From Octopus sinensis (Eukaryota): DNA of 64,000 nt. Numbering within the stretch: the stretch's first letter is position 1; each line of letters opens with the position of its first letter. The stretch lies in contig NC_043021.1 of NCBI RefSeq assembly GCF_006345805.1, positions 24,180,001-24,244,000 on the forward strand. Direction: 5' to 3'. The position numbers were made by a program, and so were the translations under genes. Of this stretch, positions 1 through 14,146 are shown in pieces. The notes under the pieces were generated by a model. The model made no database searches. It saw nothing but the letters and a program-made list of their open reading frames with translations, and was not told the origin of the DNA.

Positions 1-246
1 TACATTAACTGAAAGGAAGCGTTAATGGTACTTTTTCCATTAGTTGTTGTATCCAAGGAAGCTAATACAGCGAATCTTAAAGAATAGTACATTACATAAA
101 ACACTACCGTAATGTTTTTGAAAAACGTTTGCACATTCTGTGTGGATTTCTTGAATATCTTGCTTTGAAGACTTCTTTTATACCAAAACATTGTGTTACA
201 GTATTTCTAGCCTATAGAAAACTGAAGCCAGTTTGAATATAATATA

Positions 247-670
247 GGCGCAGGAGTGGCTGTGTGGTAAGTAGCTTGCTAACCAACCATATGGTTTTGG
301 GTTCAGTCCCACTGCGTGGCATCTTGGGCAAGTGTCTACTGCTATAGCCCCGGGTCGACCAATGCCTTGTGAGTGGATTTGGTAGACGGAAACTGAAAGA
401 AGCCTGTCGTATATATGTATATATATATATATGTATGTATGTGTGTGTGTGTGTGTGTGTATCTGTGTTTGTCCCCCTAGCATTGCTTGACAACCGATGC
501 TGGTGTGTTTATGTCCCTGTCACTTAGCGGTTCGGCAAAAGAGACCGATAGAATAAGTACTGGTCTTACAAAGAATAAGTCCCGCGGTCGATTTGCTCGA
601 CTAAAGGCGGTGCTCCAGCATGGCCGCAGTCAAATGACTGAAACAAGTAAAAGAGTAAAAGAGTAAAGAG
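247..670 (+). mobile_element. tRNA-derived SINE, family 1
   Basis: Head GGCGCAGGAGTGGCTGTGTGGTAAG (A-box-like), GGTTCAGTCCC (B-box-like), CORE-like CTTGGGCAAGT, internal (TA)n(TG)n and (GTAAAAGA)n tail; at least 7 near-identical copies in the window. Confidence 0.9.
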
Positions 671-1129
671 AGATATCTTACTCTGAGTTTTAAAGTATAA
701 ACAAAAGAGAGAGACTGGGCTGTGTGCAGCATTGAAAAGGTCACAACAGTGACAAAACATTGCTATCTGTCGCTCCGAGGAGGGAGCTGACGTGAGTTGT
801 CTCGCTCGCCCAAGAATTACTTTCAGGTGTTTTAATACCAGGCGCATTGGGAACATATTCTCTTACGCCTCAAAACGCAGCCGACCCTCGAACTTCGAAG
901 AACATCTCCGTTTAGATGAAGTTTGTTAAAAAAAAAAACAACAACCAAACTTGCAGTTCATTGACGAATAGCAATCAACATATTTACATTCGAACCTGCC
1001 AGAATGTATGAAAAACGAATAGACACGTTGTTGTTCGTATTCTCACTGTTTTGCGTTAACCAAATGAATTTTTATCTGATGCGAACCTTTACCTGGTGTT
1101 GATGTGTGGCGATATTATTTGCAATTATA

Positions 1130-1532
1130 TATTTCTTTATTGCCCACGAGGGGTTAAACATAGAGGGGACAAAGAAGGACAGACAAACGGATTAAGTCGA
1201 TTATATCGACCCCAGTGCGTAACTGGTACTTAATTTATCGACCCCAGAAGGATGAAAGGCAAAGTCGACCTCGGCGGAATTTGAACTCAGAACGTAACGG
1301 CAGACGAAATACCTATTTCTTTACTACCCACAAGGGGCTAAACATAGAGGGGACAAAGAAGGACAGACAAACGGATTAAGTCGATTATATCGACCCCAGT
1401 GCGTAACTGGTACTTAATTTATCGACCCCAGAAGGATGAAAGGCAAAGTCGACCTCGGCGGAATTTGAACTCAGAACGTAACGGCAGACGAAATATGGCT
1501 AAGCGTTTCGCCCGGCGTGCTAACGTTTCTGC
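1130..1532 (-). mobile_element. SINE family 2, dimeric form (184-bp body duplicated)
   Basis: Minus strand has B-box GAGTTCAAATTCC; 184-bp internal tandem; flanked by direct repeat TGCAATTATA (1120-1129 and 1530-1539). Confidence 0.85.
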
Positions 1533-2086
1533 AATTATAATCGCCACATGGCTTATAATGTAACCGTTGTTATAAATGGCGATGGCGATGTAGTCGATAC
1601 TGCTGCTGATGATGATGCAGATTTCTGTCTTTTTAGTGCTTCATCAGTAGTTTTATTGTTCGTGTCGGATACAAGGGTTCCTCGATTTTCTATTGTTTCT
1701 GTGGCCTAATGATATTCTTTTTCATTAGTTCCCTGCTTCGATGTTTGATGCCGAGTTGTATTTCGATGGTGTGCGGCGTGGGTGTATTGTCCTTGTTGCC
1801 GTCTCTGTTTTTCTTTTTATGAGATTCATTATTTTTGACGTATAAATGAGGTTGTGTTTTATACATACTATAATTATTGTATGTACGACAGTATCTATGG
1901 TAGTGATTAGCTTTTTGTCTTTGTTTTGGAGGTAAATTGATTTCACTGAATATTTTTGAAGTTTGAAAAACTTGCATTTCTCATTGATGCGTGAAAATAT
2001 CGTGTTGTTAATTACTAGGTTGTCTGTAGAAAGTTGGGCAAATGTTTACTAAACTGTGATAAGTTATGTGCATGGAGCCCATGATA

Positions 2087-2128
<42 letters not shown>

Positions 2129-2191
2129 ATATGTATGTATGTATGTTTGTATGTATGTTTTTATATATATGTTATATATATATATGTATAT

Positions 2192-2276
<85 letters not shown>

Positions 2277-2428
2277 ATTTCTATGTGGAATTATCGTTGG
2301 CGGCTACCGGTGGAGCTATTTCTAGCACTAGAGTTAACATATTCAAAGTTGGCTCTCTTATATTTACGGATAAATATGAATTTGTATCCCCGGTTTATTG
2401 TGCTAGGTCGCTCGGTGTTAAAATAAGG

Positions 2429-3316
2429 GGATCTTTTCAATTCTGAAGCCAGGACCACAGATCTTTCTACTTAACTAAATATTCTGAAACTTCGTATGCT
2501 GATAGAGTCTAGCAAAACAAGACACAGGTTGGAACTAGTTTATTTGAGAAAAATCTATTTTATGACTTTAATCGTAGATTAAAACTGCGAATTTTAACCA
2601 ATCAGATTGTTTGTTTTCATGTGTAAAACTTGACTGCATTCTATTAGTGTGACGTAGAAAGCGCTTTTGTGACGTACTAACGTTCGGAAAACTGTAAACA
2701 AACACAGAACGTAACGGCAGACGAAATACGGCTACGCATTTCGCCCGGCGTGCTAACGTTTCTGCCAGCTCTTTGCTTTTTTAATATTAAATTTCTTGCC
2801 TTTTGCACAAATAAATACAATAAGTGAAATGAAACGCATTAGCTTAGAAACGAAATCTTGTTAGAAGCCTCGTCACTGAGATGCCACTTCTTAATAGCAA
2901 ACGAAAGCAAGTACTAACAGAATGGAAACATTTTCAATTTAATACATGTGGCTTATTAACTAGTTTTAAATATTGTTATTAGAAGGTGGCTGACTATAGG
3001 ATCCTGGAAACATGAGTACGTTAAATAATTAGAAGGAAATTTCACGGAGACATGCGGCTTGTTTACATTTAAGATGTTTAATACGTCACCAAATTGGTGG
3101 TCGAGACGGAGTAAATAAAATAAAGCCGAATGACGGAATATCATTGGTTAAAATTCTAATTATTAAACAACGTTAAACTTAGAAGTTACAATTCCGTTTT
3201 CATTCTGGTTTACAATTAAGTTTACTTTTGACACATTCTACCAGTATACGAAGTTTCAAATTGTTTGGTTCAGTAGGAAAAATTTGAAAAAACTGGCTTC
3301 AGAATTGAAAAGATCC
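2429..3316. mobile_element. Non-autonomous DNA transposon (MITE), 24-bp TIR, 8-bp TSD, Merlin-like
   Basis: TIR GGATCTTTTCAATTCTGAAGCCAG / CTGGCTTCAGAATTGAAAAGATCC; TSD AAATAAGG at 2421-2428 and 3317-3324; empty site visible in the second repeat copy near 3804. Superfamily is inferred from GG ends plus 8-bp TSD. Confidence 0.85.
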
Positions 3317-3529
3317 AAATAAGGGTATTATTGAATTAATATCTATAATTTTATTCACCCTCATTATTGAATTTATTAATTTGATACGCTGCAGTAAATA
3401 TTACATGCGGTATTCACTTCCACTTAGCATTTACTTTCGGCGGGGAATTCGTAACTACAACCCTGAATGTAATTGACCAGACCACATGGTTAATCGTCGC
3501 CTGTATGGGTCTGATTAATTATATTGACA

Positions 3530-3608
3530 AATGTTGCTGACGAATCATAGACAATTATGTAAGTATAATCTGCATATTTTGTTAATGAGGAAACAATTGT
3601 ACAACATT
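3530..3608 (+). ncRNA. Type I hammerhead ribozyme
   Basis: AATGTTG-CTGACGA-[long helix II]-GAAA-CAATTG-TA^CAACATT; helix I 7 bp perfect, palindromic helix III, GUA cleavage triplet; first helix II pair is an A.G mismatch. Confidence 0.85.
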
Positions 3609-3860
3609 AATCCATTATTTAGTTGTATTTCAATTTCATTGCGTTGATTGTAGTGCTATTTCTATGTGGAATTATCGTTGGCGACTATACCGGTGGAGCT
3701 ATTTCTAGCACTAGAGTTAACATATTCAAAGTTGGCTCTCTTATATTTACAGATAAATATGAGTTTGTATCCCCGGTTTATTGTGCTAGGTCGCTCGGTG
3801 TTAAAATAAGGGTATTATTGAATTAATATCGATAATTTTATTCACCCTCATTATTGAATG

Positions 3861-3891
<31 letters not shown>

Positions 3892-4311
3892 GTATATATA
3901 AAAACATACTTGTACGCACATGAGCGTGTGTGTATTTGTGTGTAGAAAAGAAGTGGTTTACTTTGACACAAGTAGGAATATAGGAAAATTAGCCTTGAGG
4001 TTGAAAATGCAGTCAGCCGACCAGTAACATCTGAAAGTGCCTAATCAGAACTGGAACTGTGTTTTAAATGCTTCAAATACAAAACAATATCGGTTTGAGA
4101 AATCGTGCAAATTTCTCATTCGAATGAATAAAGCAAACAATGAACAAATCTACCTCGCATAACACGAGAGATCCTGTAAAGAAATTTTCCTTTGAATCTT
4201 CATCACGTCTAATTACGAACCTGTTAAGCTCTCGAGTTTCTGTCATGTATTATTTCTCTGAAATTTATCGAATATTTCAACTTTCCCTATTTCTTATTAC
4301 TGTGAAGCGTA

Positions 4312-5281
4312 CCGTAAATCCTCGAGTATAGTCCGCCCTTGAGTATAATGCGAAGGGGATTTTTAGGGGGCTGTACCTCTGAAAAACCTAAACCTTGTGT
4401 ATAATACGCACTCCTTCTCTAACTTAAGTCAAGGAGGTCTATTTAACGTCCTTGGTTTGTTAAAATGTATACGGTAACGTCCTTTATTATTGCCTTCTTG
4501 CCTTCTTTATCTTTGGCATCTGTTTAATTTCATCTTTATTTCTTCTCCATAACCGGACATTGCTTTCGTCAACATCAAATTTTCTTCAGGCGGCCCTATT
4601 ACCATGCTCTTCAGCATATGATATAACTTCAAGTTTAAACATAGCTGAATAAGATCTACGAGGCATTTTATGGACATGTAATGTATAAAATGTTTTATTG
4701 GAGATTAATGTACAGGTTTAAGTCACGCTTATAAAAAACCCTAGTAAAGCCCCACAGTAGTTCAAACATTTAATACTGGTATTCAATTAAGTATCTATTG
4801 TTTGCCACGGTAATGATGCAAACAGCCCATACAAACAGCAGGATGGACTATTTAGCTCTAAACTATTAAGCACAATTCGTGCGTAATTAAACCAGCAGCA
4901 CCTAGTCGAGCAAACACTTCCGCGCATGCGTAATACAATAATGGTGATGTTCTTAACTGTTATATGGAAATGTAAATATGTTTGCAAATTGTTTTTTGTT
5001 ACATGTTATTCTGTGTTCTGAATACTTTTATTTTGATAAATGTTGTTTACTGCAAGTTATGGATGATTCTTTTATGACTTCATTGCTTTCAGGCTTAGCT
5101 TAAGGTATTTTCACGCCCGACATCAGAAAATGCGTCTGAATAAACATTGCCGGACAGCAAATAGAGACTCGGACATTGCTTAGAAAATATTTTTCATTTG
5201 AAACCTCGTATATAATACGCACTAGGGACTTTGATCTTTAAATTTTGGGAAAAAATGCGGATTATACTCGAGGATTTACGG
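4312..5281 (-). mobile_element. Internally deleted pogo/Tigger-type DNA transposon
   Basis: TIR CCGTAAATCCTCGAGTATA / TATACTCGAGGATTTACGG, TA at left end; minus-strand relic from 4666 MPRRSYSAMFKLEVISYAEEHGNRAA*RKFDVDESNVRLWRR resembles the pogo N-terminal (Brinker-type) DNA-binding domain. Confidence 0.85.
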
Positions 5282-6001
5282 GATATAAATTTGAATTTCT
5301 GCTATGAAATCAATTGAAAATTAGAAAGTTACTTTATAGTTAAGGAATTTTTCTTTTAAATTTAAGTTTTGTACTTGCCCCAGCATGGCCACAGCTCATA
5401 AGCTGAAACTAGAATCAATCAATCAAAAACCATTGGCAAAAAAAAAGTTATGGAATCGTTATAGGATTTTAATAGTTCTGTTTAAAAAAAAATTAAGAAA
5501 AAGCTACAATTCATTTTGAGGCAGATGCAAATTCAACCCTCAAACCAGTTTTCCCATATATATATGTCGTCAAAGGTTACAGATATCTGCGAGGAAGCCG
5601 AATAATCTAGTACTTGACAGACGAAGTACCCTGAGGTAGCCCTGATTTGCAAATACTCGTTTAGTACCCACGCTCTTAGAAATGAAGTGGATCAGAGATT
5701 CGCCTGTCAGCACTATTGGCCACTAGTTATGATATAAACTAAGTAAAAATTCATTGACCATTTAAAAAAAATAATGCCTCTTTTTGTGATTTGACGAGAA
5801 TCACTCATTTCAACAACCCGATAATGTAGAGTAATTCTGTGTTGTTATTTTGTATTGCTTTTATATAACTAGAATTTATCCCCGTACACGGGTAGCTGGT
5901 TACGACAGCTCATAGCACCTGGACTCACATCAAATCCATCATCATCATCGTCGTTATTATTATACTTATTGTTATAATAATGATAATAATAATGATGATA
6001 A

Positions 6002-6043
<42 letters not shown>

Positions 6044-7289
6044 CTATTTATGTGACCATTGACTTATTAAATATATGAAGTTATACATGCATATATGTAT
6101 GTATATATATTATGTATGTATATATATTATATATGCACATATATGCATACATACATGTATACACGCACACACATCACATATACGTGTTTATGTATATTAC
6201 TTTTAATTTTTAAAAATTGTTTTTTTCCTGCGTTATTTTCTTCTGTGCGGATTTCCGGTTTCCTTTGATTGGAATTAGTGTCACTGTTGGGTAAATTTTA
6301 TAGTAGCCAACTGACGTCATTTCCGACTGAAAAAGATCACAAATAATCCGCAATCACAACCAAATTCATTGATCTTCACAATAGATAACTGTTGCTTGCA
6401 ACTCGCTGTCAGTATGTGCAAGTAGCTAAGAATGCAATACGTTATAATAATAATGATGATGATAATAATAATTATTATTGTTGTTGTTGGTAATGTCATC
6501 GCCGTTGTTCTAGTTGTTGTTACACTTTCGAAATACATGCCATCGGACTTCACAAATGTGTTTTGATTTTTTTAACATTACTGTTTACTTCCGCTGCTGA
6601 ACCGAAAAAAGCGATTCTACCAGTGTCACTCGCTTATTCATAACTAACTTGTACTTCATATTTTTAATAGTTATTTATCAAAGATATTCAATTAACAGTT
6701 ATTGTGTCTAATAATCTAATAATTTCGTTAACCATTAATTTTCTGCGAACGTCTTCCTTTCGTCTCATTTCAGCTATTTTGTTTTCATCACAGACCCTTA
6801 GCAAAGAGGCACACGCTTTGTGATGCAACAGGCTGATAGAAATAGCAGCCAGATACAGTTTTGGTTTTAATAACGTTCTTAATAGGCTCAATGCTTCAAT
6901 TAAACGCTTGTTTTGATTCAGAGACCATTCTAAATAATAATGTAATGCAGTCTGTCGTAACTGGCGAGCGAGTAAGGTTTGGTAACACGTACCTTACTTT
7001 TTCTAAGTGTTTACGTAGTATCCGGCAAACCATAGACATACTCTCATTTGCGTCCCCTTTGACGTAGTGAAAGCTGGATGGAAAGAGACTCGCTCTAAGT
7101 TCTCAACTGAGTAGAAATATAACGCCTTCTTCGAGTACAGATTACATCTCCCAATCCAGAGTTTAAATGCCTCCGCCCCCAACTTTGCTTTTCATTCCTT
7201 TGGGGTCGATAAAGTAAGTCCTAGTTGAGTCCCCACCCCACCAAAATTGCTGGCCTTGTGCTAAAATATGAAACCATTATCTTAACTAA

Positions 7290-7340
<51 letters not shown>

Positions 7341-7344
<4 letters not shown>

Positions 7345-7878
7345 TAGTTTTATTTTTATAGCGTGCTTTCACTTCACTACCGAGCGCAGCTCTGTGTGCC
7401 TTGGGTATGTGCTGTGATTTGTTGTGATGCTCTGATGGTTATTGTATGGAAAGTGTTCTGCGTAGGATGTGTGCAGTGCCTAGTAGTGCAATTTTCTGTA
7501 TGTTATATGTGTTTGTAAGTCCTGGTGTTTTTGTTATGTATTTGTCTGAATATTTTTTTATCATGCCTAATGCACCTACTATGAGAGGAATTGTTTCTGT
7601 TTTCAGATTCCACATTCTAGTTACCTCTATTTCCAGGTCTTTGTATTTTGAGAGTTTCTCCATTTCTTTTAGAGACACGTTGTCATCAGCCGGTATTGAT
7701 ACATCAATTAGAAAGCATTTTTTTTCTTCATGATCTCTGACAACTATATCTGGTCTGTTGGCCTTAATTTCTCTGTCTGTGTGTATCGGCATATCCCAGA
7801 GTATGATTGCTTTCTCGTTTTCTGTGACCTTTTCTGGTGTGCGCCTATACCATCTTTTTTCTGTTGTTATTCCATAAT
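7341..7878 (-). mobile_element. 3' fragment of Dong/R4-clade LINE (restriction-like endonuclease)
   Basis: ORF 7439-7792 has RPDIVV...CFLIDVSIP...KLSKYKDL...IPLIVGALG (PD-D/ExK RLE); embedded in (TAA)n. Confidence 0.9.
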
Positions 7879-7892
7879 ATTATTATTATTAC

Positions 7893-7957
<65 letters not shown>

Positions 7958-8243
7958 CGTAGTTTTATTTTTATATCGTGCTTTCACTTCACTACCGAGC
8001 TCAGCTCTGTGTGCCTTGGGTATGTGCTGTGATTTGTTGTGATGCTCTGATGGTTATTGTATGGAAAGTGTTCTGCGTAGGATGTGTGCAGTGCCTAGTA
8101 GTGCAATTTTCTGTATGTTATAAGTGTTTGTAAGTCCTGGTGTTTTTGTTATGTATTTGTCTGAATATTTTTTTATCATGCCTAATGATAGGGATTGTTT
8201 CTGCTTTTAGATTCCACATTCTGGTTACCTCTATTTCCAGGTC

Positions 8244-8247
<4 letters not shown>
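7958..8247 (-). mobile_element. Second, shorter 3' fragment of the same Dong/R4 family
   Basis: Near-identical to 7344-7643; flanked by (TAA)n. Confidence 0.85.
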
Positions 8248-8809
<562 letters not shown>

Positions 8810-8841
8810 TATTATCATCATCATCATCATCATCATCATCA

Positions 8842-8879
<38 letters not shown>

Positions 8880-9784
8880 TATTATTATTATTATTATTAC
8901 ATATAATTCTCTAAATATATTATCTCATTTTATACTCACATTTCCATTAATTTGCTCTGGAACACGTGACAGTCCTTTTCTCATTAATGTTTCAGTTTCA
9001 ACGATGCACTTGAATCAATATTTGTTTGCTTTGTTTTTTTTTTATCTTTGGAGAGTCATTATGCAAATAAGAGACGCGCATTGGCTCCATTTAACACCTC
9101 TTATTACGAGTTAATTGTTTAAATATCTACCCAGTTATCTTATTGATTGTTTGATTAATCGTTTAGTCAATTAATTCATCTGCGAGGTTCGTCAGCAGTG
9201 CCCTCTGAAACCATGTGGTTAAGAGGGTCGTGAGTTGCGACGAAAGGGTTTTTATCTTTGATAAATCTATCCGGCTGTAGCGGTACAAATTTGTTTTTTG
9301 ATTCAGTGTGTATGGAATAAGAAAAACTAAAAAATTTGTCATGAAACTCTTTCTCAAAATTCTTTTAATCTAACATACTTTCCAAATATGTTTATCAATT
9401 TTGTCAATTTTTGTTGCAGCATTTGATTAGTTTTTAGTTATGTATGGTTGCTGTCGGCATTGCATAATTTTGATTCTCAATATTTTGATTTACACATTAA
9501 CTGCTTTCGTTGAATGCTTACATAAAAACTAATTGCATTAAGTTGTTAAAGGAACTTCTGAAAAAAAAAATCTTGTAATTTTCATGCAATTGTATACACG
9601 TATTGTATTGTATGCCGAAAGCAAAAAATGTCTCAAAATTTTTCTTTACAGATTTAAAGAGTTCTGTTTCATTGACGATGTTTTTTTTTTTTCAATTATA
9701 TGGCAATTTATAATTCTGTGTTATTACAGAACATTGAAAAAATAAATGAAAAATTTAATAAAGTAAAATTAATCGTTAGCAAGT

Positions 9785-9834
<50 letters not shown>

Positions 9835-10191
9835 CCTTTTTGCATTAAACTATATTGAGTACGGGTATTTTTCAAAATGAAATTAAATGGTGGAACAATT
9901 TGGTTTAGTTTTGGTTGTTTTTTTTTTAATTAAACGGAAACTTTTAACTTCTGAGAATCAGACATTTTTTACCTTTTTACTTTTTTCACTCATTGGACTG
10001 AGGTCATGATGCAGCTCCAGCCTGAAGGGTTTAGTCAAACAAATCGTTTTAGACTGGTACTTATTCTATCTTTCTCTTTTACCGAACCGCTAAGTCATGT
10101 GAACGTAAAACATTACCAGTTGTCATGTGGTGGGAACAAACACAAAGATATATAGAACATATAGGTATACCTACATACATACATGCATGCA

Positions 10192-10975
10192 TTATGGCCA
10201 TCCACTCGTGACCAAGGAAGGAAGACCATTGCTTGCCTTCAGGAACATTCTGCACTCTAGAACTAACTTATATTTGCATTTGCGGCTCCGATGGAAGATA
10301 AAGAGCTCTGCTCTTGACAAGCATACACGACTGAAAACATTGCAGACCAAGCTTTCCCCACTCACTACACCAGCAGTGCGCTTTCGAGCAGCTCGCTTAA
10401 GTTCTTCATTCTGGATACTTGCCCTCTCAAAAGTGTTGACCCCACTCCTTAACCTGCTTCCTCCATCTATGGCCATGACAGGAATTGTTCTCCCAGTCAG
10501 TCTCCTGCATATCACAGGCCTTCAATGAGGATTTGAGACAGTCATTAAATCGCAGCCTTGATTTCTGCTGGGGTTTCTTTCCATTCACAAGTTCCCCATA
10601 TAGCATCTGCTTAGGGATCCTGCTATCCTTCATTCTAATAAGGTGTCCAGTCCAATGTAACTGGTGCTTGTGCACCATCGCCCCAATACTCAAGATATCA
10701 GCTGTCCTCAGCACCTGTGTGTCTGGAGTTTTCAAGGTCCAGCCAACAATCAGAATGTGTCTGAGGCATCTCTGATGAAAGCATTCAAGGACACTTACAT
10801 GACGTCTGTAAAGGGTCCATGTCTCACATGAGTTAAGAAGCGATGTCAATACACATGCACAGTACACAGCAATTTTTGTTTGCTTTGTGATGCCATGCTG
10901 GGACCAGACACGAGACTCAAGAGACCAGAAGGAATTAGTTGCTCTCTGCAACCTGAAAGATATTTCATCATCCTG
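10192..10975 (-). mobile_element. RTE (BovB-like) LINE 3' fragment
   Basis: ORF 10427-11002 has TKIAVY...LLNSCETWT...FHQRCLRHIL...LHWTGHLIRMKDSRIPKQMLYGEL, typical of the RTE C-terminal region. Confidence 0.9.
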
Positions 10976-10979
10976 GAAA

Positions 10980-12046
10980 GTTGGGTAGAGAAACTGCAAC
11001 AAATTTTGCCAAAAGCTTAGCGATACCTGCTCAGAGGCCTCTGCAAAGTTGCAGAAAGTTGAGGTCGTGGAGGGTTTGAACTACACACAAGTGTACGAGT
11101 GGTTCAGACGTTCCCAAGATGGCCGAAAAACTGTTGACAGTGACGAACGTAACCAGCAAAACTGAGAAAAAACATCGCAGATATGCGTGCTGCTGTGAAG
11201 GGAAATCGTCGAATCACCACCCGTGAGTTATCAGAGGATGTGCAGATTAGTTACGGCTCAGTTTAGTCCATTATCGCCGAAGATTTGGATATGAGACGCG
11301 TGTCTGCCAAGTTTGTGCCAAAATTGCTTTCAGCTGACCACAAAGACGTTCGGGTTTCAATTCCATATGAATTCCTTGATTGTGTCGACAGCGATGAAAA
11401 CATTTTTGAAAACGGTCACAACGAGTGATGAATCGTGGGTCTATGGCTATGACCTCGAAACAAGGTCTCAGTCGAAGCAATGTGAAGACACTGTTGACCG
11501 TTTTCTTCGACTACAAGGTGATTGCTCATCATGAGTATGCTCCACCTCGTTAGAGAGTAAACAAGGAGTACTACCGCGACGTTTTGTAGCGTTTGCAGGA
11601 TAATATTCTCCGGGAAAGGCCATAGTTACATGTGTCCGGTGAGTGGCAGTAGCACCATATGGGCTACGACAATGCACCTGCCCATTCAGCGCAGCTTGTG
11701 CAGCGGTTTTCGGCTAGTTACAGCATTCTCCACGTCCGACAGCCATCGTATTCCTCAGATCTCGCCGCTTGCCACTTTTTCCTCTTTCCAAAAATCAAAT
11801 CCCGCTTGAATGGAAGAACATTTCAGGACGTCGAGGAAATCAAATTGAATGCGACGAGGCCGATGCTGATTATTATCCAAGGAAACGAGTTCCAGGAATG
11901 CTTCCATCAATAGAAACAGCGCTGGATAAAGCGTGTATCTTCTAAAGAGGACTACTTTGAAGGAGATTAAATGCCAAATTGGTACATGTTGTGGTTTTGG
12001 TCTTTTTCATAACACCAGTCCGAATTCTCATTGATCAGACCTCGTG
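10980..12046 (+). pseudogene. Decayed mariner transposase with right TIR
   Basis: VYEWFRR, AKFVPKLL, TSDESWVYGYD, DNAPAH, YSSDLAACHFFLFPKIK, YFEGD*; ends GATCAGACCTCGTG then TA; multiple frameshifts. Confidence 0.9.
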
Positions 12047-12050
12047 TATA

Positions 12051-13614
12051 TCTCTTATTATAAAAGGCAGATTTTATCTGCCTCCCTTTGGGAGTTATAC
12101 AAATCTACAATATAGTATTTCTTCAATTACAATTTACCTAGCATTTTTAAGAGTACAATGCATCGCGTCATGCCAGGTCCAGTTTTTAAAATTTAAACTC
12201 CAATTAAGCAAAATTTACAGAAAACTCACATTCTGGTGTGTGTGTCAAATGCTTTTCTTAGTCTGGTTTACACCACACGCAAACGCACACACACAGTGTG
12301 CAACGAATAAAATGAAAGTAAATAGCGACAGAGTGATTTGAGGAAGACTAAACTGAAAGTATTTAAACCACTACTCAAAAAATAAAAAAACACAGCAAAC
12401 AGAAACAAATAAATACATAACCATTTACTCCTCACACAATTTCTTCAATTAGAATTTACCTAAGATTTTTCAGAGTACTTCAGTGGGTGATGCCATAAAA
12501 AATTTCTTTCAATTTTACCACCAATTAAGACAAAATTCGAGAAAACTCAATATTTTAACATATCACTCTGAAAGCATTGATGTACATGTGTGCGTGCGTG
12601 AGTGTGTGTGTGTCATTCCTCACACACACGCATACACATACATATACAACTACATACAGCTACATACACATACAACTACATACAAACACGTGTGTGTTTG
12701 TTATTAGTAAAAAAGGCGCCAAAACTCAACTCACTTATCATTCCAACACATTTGCAAAGACACACGGACGGACAGAAAAGGTAAATTGGTTATTATTTTA
12801 CTCTGTATATATTTTATTATATAATATTATATATAGATCTATGTATATATAATTGCAGTATGAAACAGTGTTTATGTATAAACAGACGACACTTATATAT
12901 AGTTACCAAGCCGCCCGAATTTACCTATTCATATTTAAATGAGAATATCAGAGCAAATCTCTTTAGTACATTCGTGAAAACACGTATTATACTTCGTAAA
13001 CACTTCAACTACAGTTTTGTACAAAACTCGAAGTGTAATTTTAATTCCGTGAATTATGGGAGATTTTTTTCCGAAATTTGTTCCTATTGTGTTTTCAAAA
13101 TTTGTAATTCTGACAAAAAATGGATACGAATTTCATTATATCAAGCAGCGAATCAGAATTCGAAGGATTTTCTACTGAAGACCTTCATAAATCTAACTCT
13201 ATGACTGAAAAAAAAAAGCATCTTTATATAAGAGTGAAGTTGTGTGTCTGTCTCCTACGATTTAGATTCCTAACTACTCCCACATTTTGCGGTGCAGTTT
13301 AACCAAAAGCGGGTATCTTATAGTCGTGATTCATATCGAGCGCTTCTGGGTATTAGCGTGCGTCTACGATGAGTCTACGATTTAAAAAAAATTTACCATC
13401 ATATTTTTCCATTTTAATGCATTTTTTTCGCTTTTATATAAGGGAAGTAACTCTCTAAAAATATCTACGATGTGTCAACGATTTAAAAAAAATTTACCTT
13501 AATTTTTTTTCAATTTTTAATGCATTTCTTTGCTATTTTTTGGCTATAACTCTCAAAAATGCTTATATAGTTATTTCCCTTACAAACCCGAGCAACGCCG
13601 GGCGATACTGCTAG
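12051..13614 (+). mobile_element. Non-autonomous Helitron (composite; second 5' end at 13221)
   Basis: 5' A|TCTCTTATTATAAAAGG and internal A|TCTTTATATAAGAGTGAAG; 3' hairpin CCCG-AGCAACGC-CGGG then CTAG|T; A/T target, no TSD. Confidence 0.75.
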
Positions 13615-13631
13615 TATATATATATATATAT

Positions 13632-13884
13632 GTTAGAATGTTAGAATAGGGATGTATTTCTAGCATCTCTATATCTAACTAACTCAGAAACGCGTTCTCA
13701 AGTAATCTAATTTCGAGTGAACTATCGTTATTTTTCCCTCTATGCCTACAAATTTTTTTGCCGAACCCTAATTATATAAAGTAATGTTTAAATTTACCGT
13801 AAATGGTCCTTTTACATACTGAACACTGCTTGGTAAAATTATTAATTACTAATTAATTAATTTTACCCATTATTATTATTGACA

Positions 13885-13886
<2 letters not shown>
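13632..13886 (+). mobile_element. 3' end fragment of the (TA)n-inserted Penelope-pLTR-like family
   Basis: 13762-13886 closely matches 54247-54370; carries GAAACGCGTTC (possible 3' half of a hammerhead); flanked by (TA)n. Confidence 0.7.
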
Positions 13887-13967
<81 letters not shown>

Positions 13968-14095
13968 GTATATATATAAATTAAATTAGAGATAAAACCA
14001 CTGTTAGGCAAATCAAACAATGAAAAACATAAATCAAAACATAAAAATAAACATATAATATACAAAATATATATATGCACATAATAGTGTGTATG

Positions 14096-14146
<51 letters not shown>

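Larger units (their letters stand above)
2269..3860 (+). mobile_element. Hammerhead-bearing ~485-bp repeat unit in partial tandem (~1.4 copies), Penelope-pLTR/retrozyme-like, interrupted by a MITE
   Basis: 2269-2428 plus 3325 onward is repeated from 3650 to 3860; flanked by (TA)n on both sides; contains a hammerhead at 3530-3608; ends TTCACCCTCATTATTGAATG then TATATA. Confidence 0.8.

Noticed and set aside
196-493. Recurrent ORFs MSSNARG.../MLGG... at several loci
   Set aside because: Antisense translations of SINE family 1.
5869-5900. Minus-strand Helitron 3' end (hairpin CCCGTACACGGG next to CTAG)
   Set aside because: Plausible, but I could not locate a matching 5' end, so no boundaries can be given.
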